Shown here: positions 27,581-38,519 of the stretch, piece by piece
Layout: the number at the start of each line of letters is the position of its first letter
Position numbering within the stretch: the stretch's first letter is position 1
Origin: an uncultured Candidatus Saccharibacteria bacterium
GTDB taxonomy: Bacteria > Patescibacteriota > Dojkabacteria > SC72
Reading direction: 5' to 3'
NCBI GenBank assembly: GCA_964405015.1
Contig: CAYOME010000001.1
Location: 10,943 to 74,942 of the forward strand
DNA length: 64,000 nt
Translations under genes and position numbers: made by a program
The notes under the pieces: generated by a model
Told to the model about the DNA's origin: nothing
Seen by the model: the letters and a program-made list of their open reading frames with translations, nothing else
The model's database searches: none

Positions 27581-29752
27581 ATGTCTAAAAAATTCTCAAA
27601 GATCTTCCTCTCGTTTTTAATTCTTTTCTCGTATATTTTACTTCCAATATCTCCAGCTATTGCTTTAGAAGCTCCAATTCAGAGTTTAGATGTTAATGGG
27701 GTTAATATCTTTAATATAGGTGGAGGATATAACTCTAGTCACGGTATCGCTGGTATATCCTACGATGTTCCAACACATACATTGACGCTTACTAATGCAT
27801 CTGTTGAAAATATTCATGCTTCTGGAGATCTTGATATTGTGATTGTGGGAACAAACTTTGTAACAAATCCTTCTAGTGGGGCTGCAATATTAGCTATGGG
27901 CGGTGATTTAACAATAACAGGGGATAGTGCATCTTTAACGATATCTCCTTCCGCGAGTAATGAGCCATCAATAACAATTGGAGTTAGTGGTAGGCTAACT
28001 ATTGGTGCTGCTGGTACTTCAATTACTGTTACAGTTACGGATGGTTTTTTAAATAATTGTGAAGATACGTATGTGGTTGATGGAAATACATTCACCCCAC
28101 CAGCTTCTGAAGATCCTTTAGGACCTCCACCCGGAGATCCATTGCAAATATTTGTAGATGGTTTCTTGGCTATAGATGAAACCTCTGACCCTCAAGTAAC
28201 ATCTGTAAGTGGTGAAGGTTGGAGTCTTGAACAGGGATTTATGGGTATCTATCAATTAAACGTTGAATCTGGGAGAACCCTTGGATATATTACGGGTTCT
28301 GGAGATGGTGCTCTTTCAATTAGTTCTTTGGATGGGAGTTTTACTATTGCAGAAAACGAAGATAGTAGATCAATAAATATGAATGGTAATGTAACGCTTT
28401 TCTTGGGAACCGAAATGGGAACTATTAATCTTGTAGGAGGTATATATACCGAAGGAGAAGTTATTGTTCGAGATGGTCAGAATGTTTCGATAGGAACATT
28501 GGGTGTACCAAGTAATACTGGTATAGCTTCTGGTGGTTTATATATTGGTAGTAGCGACCTTTCAATATACACAACAGGTACTGCATTAGCATATTACAAT
28601 CCAACCCCATTAGAGGGAGTGGGTATGTTAGTTGAGTCTGGACAAGGTCATACACTAACAGTATTCTCAAGTGATATTGCAACTGAAAATGTTGCAAGCT
28701 TACGCGTTTCCGGTGGTGGTACAATTGATTTATCATACACCTCATCTCTTGGATTATTTACACCAGAAGCATCACATTGGCCATGGACCGATATGACAGG
28801 TACAGAGGAAGAGAATCCTCTACCAACAACAGTGATCTGTGAAGAGGGAACGGATACCGATAATAAATATGTAATGACTTCTTCAGTTGGTAACTTCTTA
28901 CTAGAATCAACTGCAGGTACACTATACCAACTTGGATGGAATATACCCGATGCACAGGATTCAATTGTAACCAATGGTACGGTAAGGGTAATCGCAGCAA
29001 ATGGTTATAGATTTACCTCTGGTGGATACACCGACTATTCTATTGAAGCAGGTAGTACTGTCACTATTGAGCTATTGCCAGACTATGGTTATCAATATGT
29101 ATCTGGTGGTTTAAATGGTAATCAAACCCTACCTGACGAAGGAAAGGCCTCATATACATTTACTATGCCCGAAGGACATTTACACCTTAGTGCAATATTT
29201 GAAAGATCTTCTGATATTGTTAATTTAGATACAGACATTATTGACAATGCAGCTCTTGTAATGCCTTCTGGAGAAATCAATGGAAATGCAGAACTATTAA
29301 TCGATGAAGCTAGTGGAGTACAAGAAGATAAATTCTTAAATGCGGCTGGGGGATATGAAGTAGACACTTTCTTAGATCTATCTCTTAATGAGGTGATATA
29401 TAAAGGAACTACAGAAGAGGTATGGAGAACTAATTTAACAGAGTTAGAGGAAGAAACTACAGTGACATTAACACTTTCGGATGAGTTAGAGGGTCATGGT
29501 GAATACAAGGTGTTAAGAGAGCACGATGGTGTTGTAGAGGTTCTTGATGCTGTATATGACCCTTCTACGGGGGCATTAACATTCGATACGGACTCTTTCT
29601 CTACATATGCCATAGCATATAACGATGAAACTAATCCAAATACATATGACAATATATCAATATTTGCCATTATTGGATTTGCAAGCATATTAGGGTTAAC
29701 AGGAATGTTTGTATATGAAAGAAGATTTCTTAAGAAGAGAGAACTTGTTTAA
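27581..29752 (+). CDS. secreted surface protein with C-terminal sortase-type sorting signal (NPNT motif)
   Basis: Signal peptide MSKKFSKIFLSFLILFSYILLPISPAIA. A Gly/Thr/Ser-rich repetitive body (beta-helix/adhesin-like) follows. C-terminus is ...NDETNPNTYDN-ISIFAIIGFASILGLTGMFVY-ERRFLKKRELV, i.e. motif, hydrophobic span, then basic tail. Confidence 0.6.
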   Translation: MSKKFSKIFLSFLILFSYILLPISPAIALEAPIQSLDVNGVNIFNIGGGYNSSHGIAGISYDVPTHTLTLTNASVENIHASGDLDIVIVGTNFVTNPSSGAAILAMGGDLTITGDSASLTISPSASNEPSITIGVSGRLTIGAAGTSITVTVTDGFLNNCEDTYVVDGNTFTPPASEDPLGPPPGDPLQIFVDGFLAIDETSDPQVTSVSGEGWSLEQGFMGIYQLNVESGRTLGYITGSGDGALSISSLDGSFTIAENEDSRSINMNGNVTLFLGTEMGTINLVGGIYTEGEVIVRDGQNVSIGTLGVPSNTGIASGGLYIGSSDLSIYTTGTALAYYNPTPLEGVGMLVESGQGHTLTVFSSDIATENVASLRVSGGGTIDLSYTSSLGLFTPEASHWPWTDMTGTEEENPLPTTVICEEGTDTDNKYVMTSSVGNFLLESTAGTLYQLGWNIPDAQDSIVTNGTVRVIAANGYRFTSGGYTDYSIEAGSTVTIELLPDYGYQYVSGGLNGNQTLPDEGKASYTFTMPEGHLHLSAIFERSSDIVNLDTDIIDNAALVMPSGEINGNAELLIDEASGVQEDKFLNAAGGYEVDTFLDLSLNEVIYKGTTEEVWRTNLTELEEETTVTLTLSDELEGHGEYKVLREHDGVVEVLDAVYDPSTGALTFDTDSFSTYAIAYNDETNPNTYDNISIFAIIGFASILGLTGMFVYERRFLKKRELV

Positions 29753-29885
29753 TTAATAATTTCTTTTTAAGATATTTTAGAATTATTTCTAGAACATTTC
29801 TCTATTTAAGAGGTATGTCTAACATATCATCTTGAAGGCCTTTACGTACCCTTTCTAGAGGTTATATGTGATCATATGACTCTAG

Positions 29886-30242
29886 TTATCTTCTTACACA
29901 CTTTTTGGATATACCGTCGACTTCTTTTTCTTCATCTGTTAAATCAACAGCTTTTAAACCTTCACAACAATATGGCTGTGGTAATATTACAGGGATATAT
30001 TGGTTTTCTTCTATACAATTAAGTTCCTTGTTTGGAACTGTATATGAGAAGTATTTGAATGAAACATCCTCATTCTGTATTAATTCAAAAATAAATATTC
30101 CTAGAGGTTCTACATCATATTGAGTACCATTTGGACCATATGAAATACATTCTTTGTCTATGGATTGGCAATTAGCAGGTATTGGAAGAAGAAGAGAAGT
30201 AATTACAATGAGAATTGATATCAAGAGGGGATATTTTTTCAA
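29886..30242 (-). CDS. small secreted cysteine-rich protein
   Basis: Signal peptide MKKYPLLISILIVITSLLLPIPANC; 7 Cys in the ~95-aa mature part, including a CC pair. Confidence 0.45.
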   Translation of the reverse strand: MKKYPLLISILIVITSLLLPIPANCQSIDKECISYGPNGTQYDVEPLGIFIFELIQNEDVSFKYFSYTVPNKELNCIEENQYIPVILPQPYCCEGLKAVDLTDEEKEVDGISKKCVRR

Positions 30243-30308
30243 AATAGTAAATATATATTAACTTAACAATATATATTAATTGAAAATTATGGAAAAATCT
30301 ATATGAAA

Positions 30309-30382
30309 TCGGGGAGACAGGACTTGAACCTGCGGCCTCTGCGTCCCAAACGCAGCGTTCTAGCCAACTGAACTACTCCCCG
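30309..30382 (-). tRNA. tRNA-Pro (anticodon TGG)
   Basis: The reverse complement gives CGGGGAG-TA-GTTCAGTTGGCTAGAAC-G-CTGCG-TTTGGGA-CGCAG-AGGCC-GCAGG-TTCAAGT-CCTGT-CTCCCCG-A. It has anticodon UGG and G37; CCA is not encoded. Confidence 0.85.
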
Positions 30383-30432
30383 ATACAAAACTTATGAATT
30401 TTATCACAGATATATCAATTAAAAAAGGATAT

Positions 30433-33400
30433 TTACTTCCTTCTTAATTCTAAATCAGGATTAATATTCAATATCTTGTCACTATCTGTGTCATATGTTA
30501 ATTCTTTTTCTGTATTAATTGTAAGGTTTTCATCTAACATCTCTAATTTGTATTTACCACCAGGTACTATGAAACGATATCTACCTTTTTCATCAGTTAT
30601 TCTTCGAGCATATATTGTGTCAAATTCTGTTTCTCTTAAACCCACGTTTACTCCTTGTACAATATCATTGTATATGTCTTTTACTACTCCATATTTTCTC
30701 CTACCTTTTATATATATATACAAGTTAAGAAGTATGAGTAAGGAGTAAAGTATTAAGATTATTAAATCAATTGGTCGGTGTAGATTGATATATGTTATTA
30801 ACACGAATATAAATCCGCCGATTAGTAGTATATTTTGAAGCGCATTGAACAGATTGTGTATTCTGTTTCTAAATACTACAGAGGCATATTCAACAAAGCT
30901 TTTATCTATTGGATCAACAGGAATTGAGAATGTAATAGGGGTGTTAGGATTGTGATTGAATTGTTGACCATTATATATATTCTCATATGGCATATCTGTT
31001 CCACCTTTTATTACCCTTGATGGGAATACGTGATCTCTTACTTGAACAGATATTGAATATACTCCTTCTGGGAGATTTACATCGAATGCTCCAAATGTAT
31101 TAGTTACTGCTGTAGTAACAATCTTTCCTTCAATATCAAATATTCTAACAATTGCCCTATTTAAAGGTTCTTTAGTAGTTGAGTTATATACAACTCCATA
31201 TCCTCTCTCTTTATTCTTTATCTTTAATCCTGCAAAGAATAATGTCCCTATTTGTAATACATATGCTAATGGGTATGTGGTTCCAATTGTTGCAGAGGTT
31301 ACAGAAATAGCTATTAAGATTCCTGTTGCAGTATATGCTACTCTTTCTGTTTTTTCTGGAGATTCTAGAATATCTCTAATATCCTCAACAATACTATTAA
31401 ATACATCTACAATATATCCAAATACTCCTGTATTTGTTGTCTCATCATCTTGTTCATCAGATCCTTTATCATCTTCATCTGTTGGGGATTCATCATCATC
31501 AACTTCGGGGTTCTCGTTTGGACTTTCATCAGGATTTTCTTCTGGGATCTCTACAGGATCTTCATTTGTTGGAGGATTTGTTGTTCCTCCTCCTGGTGTA
31601 GTTGGTTCTTCTGTTGGAGATTCATCACCTGGTTCCTCGATAGGTGCAGTAACTACAATACTTGTAGATACTCCAAGAATTTCTTCATCTAAGGTGTCTT
31701 GTGCAGTAACAACATATGACCCAGCACCGTTTATAGCTATATCAGAGAATACTTTACTTCCGTTATCTGTAGCTAGGAAAGTATATGTAGTTGATAATCC
31801 AGTAATATTGCTAATTATATCTATTGTTCCTTCATAGTCAGGATCAGGATTACCTTCTGAATCAATTACCGTGATAGTTATTGATGTTGATTCACCTTCT
31901 GTCAATTGTGTATCAGATGCAGATACTGTAAAGGTATTTGCACTTACTGCCATTACTCCCTTTGGTAAAGCATTAGTAATCTTTAAATATGGATCTCCTA
32001 AGTATGTGGTATTTGTGATTCCTGAGAGTCCGACTTTGATTAATTGAGCGTTATTACAACTGTAAGATATTTCTGAGAGATTTGTAGCCTCAGGACACAC
32101 TAATACCCTAGAAATATTTAAGTCATTACGATATGGAATATACATATCTATATCTGTTAGGCCAGCAATGTTTTGTGTATTTTGAATTACAGATTTACCT
32201 GTTTGCTTATCCATATCTCCAGAAATACTCGAAATATCCCTGTTAATACTCATATCAAGATTGAAATTAGCAAGTTTTGTTGGTTTCGCAGCTGGTGACC
32301 ACTTAAGAGTAGGATATTGATTGTAATTTAAAAGACCGTCATTAGATGCTTGGGTATACCTTATACCATCTCCAGCACCTACACCGATATATACAGAACT
32401 TGATGAGAAATTTTGTGTTTGGGGTCCATATACAAATTCGAACTCACCATTTGGGTACAGTATTAACGAGTATTCAATTTCTGTACCACTATATCCATAT
32501 TCTTGAGCTCTCCATGAGACAATGAATCTTTCTGTTGTACTATCAATGTATATACCTTGTTGTGGAGTAACATCTGTTTCAGTATCTAGAGTCAATGGAG
32601 ATATGAAAGGTCCAAAGAAGGTATCATCATATCCGCTATCTAGATATCCATCACAACTTTTAGTTAAGTCAAAACAGATCATACCATTTGTCCCTATTTG
32701 TATGTTCGTATATATATCATCATAGAATGGGAATTCGAATGGTAAATCTAATGATATTGTATCATCATCTCCAGCAAAGACTTTTGTCCCTATTTGTTGG
32801 TAGATAGTTGATCCTGGATTCTCCTGTTCCAATATATTTGTACTCCCAATTGTTCCCTGTTGTATAATTGATGTAACAACATCTTCTTCTGGCGTGAAGT
32901 AAAGTGTATTGACTGGTGAGGAGAATATTGAATCTATTACTGCATATGATGTATTGGTATTGAATACTCTGTTAATTGGTGTTTCTAAATATTTTATCAA
33001 ATACAAATGATTGTATTGAGTATATTGCGTTGAAAGGTAGTAAGGTATGTATGTAGGACTTATATTTTCTCTTGGATACCAGCTCTTTCCAAACATATAT
33101 ATTCCATCTATAGAGTTCGCAAGCTTACCACCATTTGAAAGGCCAATCTTTACTGCATTAAGGTAGTTTAAGCTTGTATCGAATATCTGTACAAATGCAT
33201 TACCCATACTTGCTGTAGATGTTAGAGTGCGACTTCCTTCAGTAAAATCAACATCTAAAATATTTCTAAAGCTTCCTGATATATATATTTTGTTGTTAAA
33301 TACCGTTATACCATTGTATTCTGCAGAATTGTTTGAAGAAAGTATCTTTGGTGCGTCTAGAGTACCAGTGGAGGAATATTTAAGTAGTATACCATCTGAG

Positions 33401-36400
33401 TAGAAATCAACAGGTGTGTGTGATGTACCATACCCTTCAAAAAAGGTTTCTGCTCTAGCATTAACAATCATGTATATTTCATTATCTGAAACTACCTCGA
33501 TTTGGTTAAGTATTTCAGTGTCATAATATGATTCAACAATTCTTGTCCATTGGTAGCCGAGAGTATTAGAAAACTTTGTTAAATATATATGCCTGTCTTC
33601 GTTTGCAGCAGTTTTGGTATCTACTCCAGCTGTAGAATCAAAATCTATAGTAGGACCTCCCCAGTATCCACCTACATATACATTACCTGTTGAATCTGTT
33701 TCAATATCTATTACTTCTTCATCAAGATTTTCTCCTAATATACTGATTGCATTAACAAATGTACGATCCGAGATATTAAACTTACTTATAAAGACATCAC
33801 CGTGAGCAAGATTAGGTAATATACTTACACCGGATGTACCATCCGCATCAAAATCACTAGCATACATACTTCCACCTACAAAGATATGTTGAGCTGTTAC
33901 TTCTATGTCTGTTACCTTGTCTGATCTGGAAACATCCGAACTACCAAATACAAAGGATTCTATGTATGTATCTGAAGAATCATATATTGAAACGAAGGCA
34001 TCTCCTCGACCAATGGCAGTTTTTGAGTCTATACCAGCATTAAGATTTAAATCGGTCGTTCCTTCAAAGTAGCCACCTATGTATAAATTGTCATTGGAAT
34101 CTATTGTACAGGTGGAGAGTAATTCATTAGGACCCGCAAATACTTTTGCCCATACGAATGCCCCTTGATTATCTCTTTTAATTAGATATGAATCTGCATA
34201 CCCTGTTGAAACAGAATATATTGCTGTTCCATCTGGATATCCTAGGTTAACATCAGTTCCTTCGAATTGACCCAAAGTATACGAAGAACCATCACTTGTA
34301 GTACATATATCTAAAGCAGATACACGGATATCTGCTTCAAAACCAGTATTTCCCCAATCTAGTTTAAGTCCAGTTAAATATGGGTTTGTATCTCGGTAAA
34401 TAGATACTGTATATGTATCTACTGTTCTTCTATCTTCAGCAATAACGGTGATTGTTACGGTATTGTCTCCAGGGTCAAGTGATATGGATTGGCTACTAGT
34501 ACCTGATACTACATTGGAACCATTTACTTGTAAGGAGTATGCATCAGGATCAAAAAGAGTAGGTGTTAACGTTATATTCGTAATATCAGAAGTAACCTCT
34601 ACAGTATATGTTCTTGTGTTAGTGCTAAATACTGGATTTAGTGTTCCAGAAGAGATAGTTAAGCTAGAGAGTCTTGTGTCTGTAGAATATGGTGGTGTAG
34701 AACCATCATCTCTCCAAACAGTAAGTGTATATGTTTTTGTTGTAATACCATCTCCAGCAGTTACAATGATTTCAAATATGTTGTTACCTAAGTTAAGTGG
34801 CAATGCCAAACCGAATTCTCCATTAGTTACTGAAGTTCCATTGACCGTAATTCCTGAGATATTAAAATCTTGTGCTGTTGGTCTTAAAGCAAGGGAAGTG
34901 ATGCCTGCATCTAGAACTATTGTATATGCTGTAGTGTTTGGATCGAAATCTGGTATAAATATTCCTTGTGTTGATTCTAAATTTGAAAGATTTGCATTAT
35001 CTTGAGTAACTTGACCAAAATTAGCAATGAAGCCATCATATAATCCAATTGCTGTTATTGCATTTTCACTTATACTTGGATCAAGATCAGTAGTCCCATA
35101 CATTACTCCTCCAACAAACATCTCATCTATTGAAGGGAATACAACTGAACTTACCTCAACCCAATCATCAGAATCAAAAGTTTTCGTCCAGATATATGAA
35201 TCAGAGCTATTTATTTGCATAACGTAGCCAGAACCTCCACCAGCAATTACATTTTTATTATCTACCCCAGCTGAAGGATCAAAGTCAACAGTGTCATCGA
35301 AATATCCAAATACAAAGATATTGTCTTCAAGATTAATAGTTAACCCCTTTAATGAATCCCAGCTTGATCCTCCATATGTTTTTACCCATGTTGTATCCCC
35401 AGTTGCATCTAATTTGATTAGAAATACATCGTCAGTTGAACTTATACTTGAATATTCAATAGTTTGATTGTTAGGATCTAAGAGGGCAACATCTCCATCG
35501 GTACTAAATGTACCACCAAGTACAACATTGCCCAACGAATCGGAATCTAAACCTCCATCTACAACATCTATGTAATCTTGACTAGTTATGGTCTTTGTCC
35601 ATTGATAGTTTCCATTTATATCCAATTTTGAAATATATATGCTTCCACCGTTGTATTCAGAAAAAATGTCTGTACTTGCACTTGGATCAAAATCGATATT
35701 AATACCCCTAAATCTACCTAAAGAATATACGTTTCCATTTACATCTACATTGATATGGGAATATTGAACATAGTTCCCTGATGAACTACTTGCTGTAGTT
35801 TCATATGTCTTTGACCAAGTAAACCCTCCAGTTTCAGTAAATTTTGTAACAAAGGCATGAGTTCTGTTGAAACCGTAGGTGACAATATATTCACCTTCTG
35901 TAGGATCTAAATCCAATGAAGACATAAAGGTACCACCTACATAGATGTTTCCAGTTGAATCCATATCTACACTGTATGAATAGTCTTCAAAAAATGTACT
36001 TCCCCAAGTTAGTATGTTTCCAACAGTTCCATTTGAATTAATCATTATCATATGGGCATCCCTTGGTCCTCCTGATGCTCTTGAATCAGTATTTGTTGTA
36101 GGATCTAAATCTACGGTACCTCCAAATGAACCAACAGCAACAATATTGTCATTGCTATCTACCATTAAGTCATTTATTAATACAAACGGTACGCTTGTAC
36201 TGAAATCATATGTCCATCTTAGTACCCATAACGGGTTTTGTGAGGAATCTAATTTCATCAGGTAAGTACCACTTAACATGTCATCGCCATTTGAAGGTAC
36301 ACCAAAGTCAACTGGACCATCCCTAAATGTACCTGAAACATAGAAATTTCCAGTTGAATCCATATCCATATTCTCCACTTCTATTCTACTTCCAAGATCG

Positions 36401-38343
36401 CCTAACTGTTTTGAGGATATATATGTATATTCACTTCCTTGTGGTACTGGTTTATTTACAGTAATTGTATATGTAGAGGTTTCAGTTAGATCCTCAGAAG
36501 TAACTACTACATTAATTTCGTTTGCACCACTACTAAGAGGGATGGGTGAACTAGCAACACCGCTTACCAAAGCATATCCGTTAACTGCGAGTCTAGAATT
36601 TGTATCTGCACTAGTTGCTGTTATTGAAACAGTTTCAACAGTCCCATCAACATCTAAGGTATAGCTGTAACTAACAGCTGAAAAAGAAGGAGCTACAGGA
36701 CCTTCGCTTGTGGTTAAAGACATTAGATATGAATCTGAGGAGAAACTCTCACCTGGTACAGTTAAGTTACCAACAGGATCATTTATATCTACTGCTATAT
36801 ATGGATAGAAGATTGAAACAAAAATATCTGTATTGTATGTAGAAGCAACTGGACCTCCTAAAATATACTCATTTGCAGAAGGATCAAAATCTGTATCTTC
36901 GAGATACGCACCCATTGCATATACTCTGTTTTTTGAATCAATACCTAAGTCGTAAAGATCTGAATATGCATAGCTTGTATTCTCATTTCTACCCCATGAA
37001 TATGTTTTTAAATATGTACCATCATTATTAATTACAGTTATATATGACCAAGCTTGATTTGTCATAGCAGAATGGATATCTGTACTTCCACTAAAATCAA
37101 AATCAACATTTGTACTTGTAAATCCACCACCTATATATACATTTCCATATGTATCTGTATCTAATGCAAAGGCAAATTCACTGCCAGTACCACCAAATCT
37201 TTGAGTCCAAGCATATGGATTATCTAAATCAAATGGGTTTGCACTTACATTCCACTTAGTAACAAAGGAATCTCTGCTACCAGAACTAGAGATTGAGTCT
37301 AAATTAGTTGAAGGGTCAAAATCGACAGTATTTTCAAATCTTCCAGCAATATATATGTTCTCACTTGAATCAAACACGAACTCTTTAAGTTCAACACCTG
37401 CCAAGAGAACAGTTCCAAGGTATGTATTTGTTGGAGTAAGTTTAGTAATAAAACTAGAAGAAACCGCACCAGTTGTTATACTATCATCACCTGCACCTGG
37501 ATCAAAATCTACGGTTGTATTTGAAGATATTCCGGAACCTACGTATACATCACCGGTAGACTCCTTAATCCTTACATTATGCTCAAACAAACCTCCAAGA
37601 TTTCCATATACATTTCCCCATTGGAAATTACCATCTAAATCAAATTTGGAGATAAGGAAACCACTGTTTGCTGATGTAACAGATCCAGCTCCAGGATCAA
37701 TATCTACATTGGGACTGTAAAGATGACCAGCGACATACAAAGCATTCCTAGTTGTATCAACGGCAAGATTGTATGCATAGTCATATTCGGTTCCACCCCA
37801 TGTTTTAGTCCAACCATATGTTCCATTGGAATTAATCTTCATAATGAAAGCATCGTAAGAACTTGTTGCTGTCTTACTATCTGTACCTGCGGTGAAATCA
37901 AAATCAACAGTACCATTGAAATCGCCGGAAAGGTATATATTTCCACTAGAATCTAATGCAATTCCCCCAGCACCAACATCCCCAGAAAGTGTACCTAAGG
38001 TAATACCCCACATATATACCTTCTCTGGGGAGTATTTAGACAAGAAGAATGTACCATTAGAAATTGCACTACCACTATTCCAGTTAAGATCAATATTTGT
38101 TGGATCATAGCTGTCATCGTATATCTCTCCAACAATGTAGTAGTTATCACTACTATCAAAGGCACTTTTTATTGGGAAATATGTTGAGTTATCATCATTA
38201 AAACTCTTTGTACCAATATATCCTAAACCTGTTACTCTTGCTTGAGCGTTTGCAGGAGTGTTGAAAAAGAAAACTAATCCTAAAAAGGAAATGATTAGAG
38301 TAATTAATACTCTTGATACCTGTTTAAAGCAGTTTGATCTCAT
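30433..38343 (-). CDS. giant (2636 aa) cell-surface protein: signal peptide, SBBP beta-propeller repeats, cadherin-like and Ig-like domains, acidic Pro/Thr/Glu linker, polytopic C-terminal anchor with two CarboxypepD_reg-like beta-sandwich domains
   Basis: Dozens of ~50-aa repeats of the form SGNIYLSGDFNGTVDFDFTAGTDSKTATSSYDAFIMKINSNGTYGWTKTWGG (SBBP/PF06739-like). Three repeats like LSNLESTQGIFIPDFDPNTTAYTIVL...YTLTVWR are cadherin-like. An FEFPFYDDIYTNIQIGTNG (NIDO-like) segment is also present. Linker EEPTTPGGGTTNPPTNEDPVEIPEENPDESPNENPEVDDDE. C-terminus has 4-5 transmembrane helices flanking GVVYNSTTKEPLNRAIVRIFDIEGKIV and RITDEKGRYRFIVPGGKYKL. Confidence 0.75.
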   Translation of the reverse strand: MRSNCFKQVSRVLITLIISFLGLVFFFNTPANAQARVTGLGYIGTKSFNDDNSTYFPIKSAFDSSDNYYIVGEIYDDSYDPTNIDLNWNSGSAISNGTFFLSKYSPEKVYMWGITLGTLSGDVGAGGIALDSSGNIYLSGDFNGTVDFDFTAGTDSKTATSSYDAFIMKINSNGTYGWTKTWGGTEYDYAYNLAVDTTRNALYVAGHLYSPNVDIDPGAGSVTSANSGFLISKFDLDGNFQWGNVYGNLGGLFEHNVRIKESTGDVYVGSGISSNTTVDFDPGAGDDSITTGAVSSSFITKLTPTNTYLGTVLLAGVELKEFVFDSSENIYIAGRFENTVDFDPSTNLDSISSSGSRDSFVTKWNVSANPFDLDNPYAWTQRFGGTGSEFAFALDTDTYGNVYIGGGFTSTNVDFDFSGSTDIHSAMTNQAWSYITVINNDGTYLKTYSWGRNENTSYAYSDLYDLGIDSKNRVYAMGAYLEDTDFDPSANEYILGGPVASTYNTDIFVSIFYPYIAVDINDPVGNLTVPGESFSSDSYLMSLTTSEGPVAPSFSAVSYSYTLDVDGTVETVSITATSADTNSRLAVNGYALVSGVASSPIPLSSGANEINVVVTSEDLTETSTYTITVNKPVPQGSEYTYISSKQLGDLGSRIEVENMDMDSTGNFYVSGTFRDGPVDFGVPSNGDDMLSGTYLMKLDSSQNPLWVLRWTYDFSTSVPFVLINDLMVDSNDNIVAVGSFGGTVDLDPTTNTDSRASGGPRDAHMIMINSNGTVGNILTWGSTFFEDYSYSVDMDSTGNIYVGGTFMSSLDLDPTEGEYIVTYGFNRTHAFVTKFTETGGFTWSKTYETTASSSSGNYVQYSHINVDVNGNVYSLGRFRGINIDFDPSASTDIFSEYNGGSIYISKLDINGNYQWTKTITSQDYIDVVDGGLDSDSLGNVVLGGTFSTDGDVALLDPNNQTIEYSSISSTDDVFLIKLDATGDTTWVKTYGGSSWDSLKGLTINLEDNIFVFGYFDDTVDFDPSAGVDNKNVIAGGGSGYVMQINSSDSYIWTKTFDSDDWVEVSSVVFPSIDEMFVGGVMYGTTDLDPSISENAITAIGLYDGFIANFGQVTQDNANLSNLESTQGIFIPDFDPNTTAYTIVLDAGITSLALRPTAQDFNISGITVNGTSVTNGEFGLALPLNLGNNIFEIIVTAGDGITTKTYTLTVWRDDGSTPPYSTDTRLSSLTISSGTLNPVFSTNTRTYTVEVTSDITNITLTPTLFDPDAYSLQVNGSNVVSGTSSQSISLDPGDNTVTITVIAEDRRTVDTYTVSIYRDTNPYLTGLKLDWGNTGFEADIRVSALDICTTSDGSSYTLGQFEGTDVNLGYPDGTAIYSVSTGYADSYLIKRDNQGAFVWAKVFAGPNELLSTCTIDSNDNLYIGGYFEGTTDLNLNAGIDSKTAIGRGDAFVSIYDSSDTYIESFVFGSSDVSRSDKVTDIEVTAQHIFVGGSMYASDFDADGTSGVSILPNLAHGDVFISKFNISDRTFVNAISILGENLDEEVIDIETDSTGNVYVGGYWGGPTIDFDSTAGVDTKTAANEDRHIYLTKFSNTLGYQWTRIVESYYDTEILNQIEVVSDNEIYMIVNARAETFFEGYGTSHTPVDFYSDGILLKYSSTGTLDAPKILSSNNSAEYNGITVFNNKIYISGSFRNILDVDFTEGSRTLTSTASMGNAFVQIFDTSLNYLNAVKIGLSNGGKLANSIDGIYMFGKSWYPRENISPTYIPYYLSTQYTQYNHLYLIKYLETPINRVFNTNTSYAVIDSIFSSPVNTLYFTPEEDVVTSIIQQGTIGSTNILEQENPGSTIYQQIGTKVFAGDDDTISLDLPFEFPFYDDIYTNIQIGTNGMICFDLTKSCDGYLDSGYDDTFFGPFISPLTLDTETDVTPQQGIYIDSTTERFIVSWRAQEYGYSGTEIEYSLILYPNGEFEFVYGPQTQNFSSSSVYIGVGAGDGIRYTQASNDGLLNYNQYPTLKWSPAAKPTKLANFNLDMSINRDISSISGDMDKQTGKSVIQNTQNIAGLTDIDMYIPYRNDLNISRVLVCPEATNLSEISYSCNNAQLIKVGLSGITNTTYLGDPYLKITNALPKGVMAVSANTFTVSASDTQLTEGESTSITITVIDSEGNPDPDYEGTIDIISNITGLSTTYTFLATDNGSKVFSDIAINGAGSYVVTAQDTLDEEILGVSTSIVVTAPIEEPGDESPTEEPTTPGGGTTNPPTNEDPVEIPEENPDESPNENPEVDDDESPTDEDDKGSDEQDDETTNTGVFGYIVDVFNSIVEDIRDILESPEKTERVAYTATGILIAISVTSATIGTTYPLAYVLQIGTLFFAGLKIKNKERGYGVVYNSTTKEPLNRAIVRIFDIEGKIVTTAVTNTFGAFDVNLPEGVYSISVQVRDHVFPSRVIKGGTDMPYENIYNGQQFNHNPNTPITFSIPVDPIDKSFVEYASVVFRNRIHNLFNALQNILLIGGFIFVLITYINLHRPIDLIILILYSLLILLNLYIYIKGRRKYGVVKDIYNDIVQGVNVGLRETEFDTIYARRITDEKGRYRFIVPGGKYKLEMLDENLTINTEKELTYDTDSDKILNINPDLELRRK

Positions 38344-38424
38344 TTAGTCTGTAATAAAGATTAGAGATAATATAATGTATCGGTTATAGAAACGGTAGTC
38401 AACCTATTTTGTATTAGAGGATAC

Positions 38425-38455
38425 AATTAATAATTGATAATTGATAATTGATATT
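38425..38455. repeat. heptanucleotide microsatellite (TAATTGA)x4-5 in the divergent promoter region between the giant gene and 38520..41567
   Basis: caattaa taattga taattga taattga tattg. Confidence 0.5.
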
Positions 38456-38519
38456 GCAAACTCTCTATACCTTCTGTACTATATATTTGAGTAAAATAAC
38501 CTAATAAATTTCTTTTAAA

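Noticed and set aside
31277-37956. Numerous plus-strand ORFs (for example 31277..31837, 31450..31692, 34448..35005, 37355..37720) inside the giant minus-strand gene
   Set aside because: They are antisense to a continuous 2636-aa coding frame with coherent repeat architecture. Their translations are low-complexity mirrors (S/V/G-rich).
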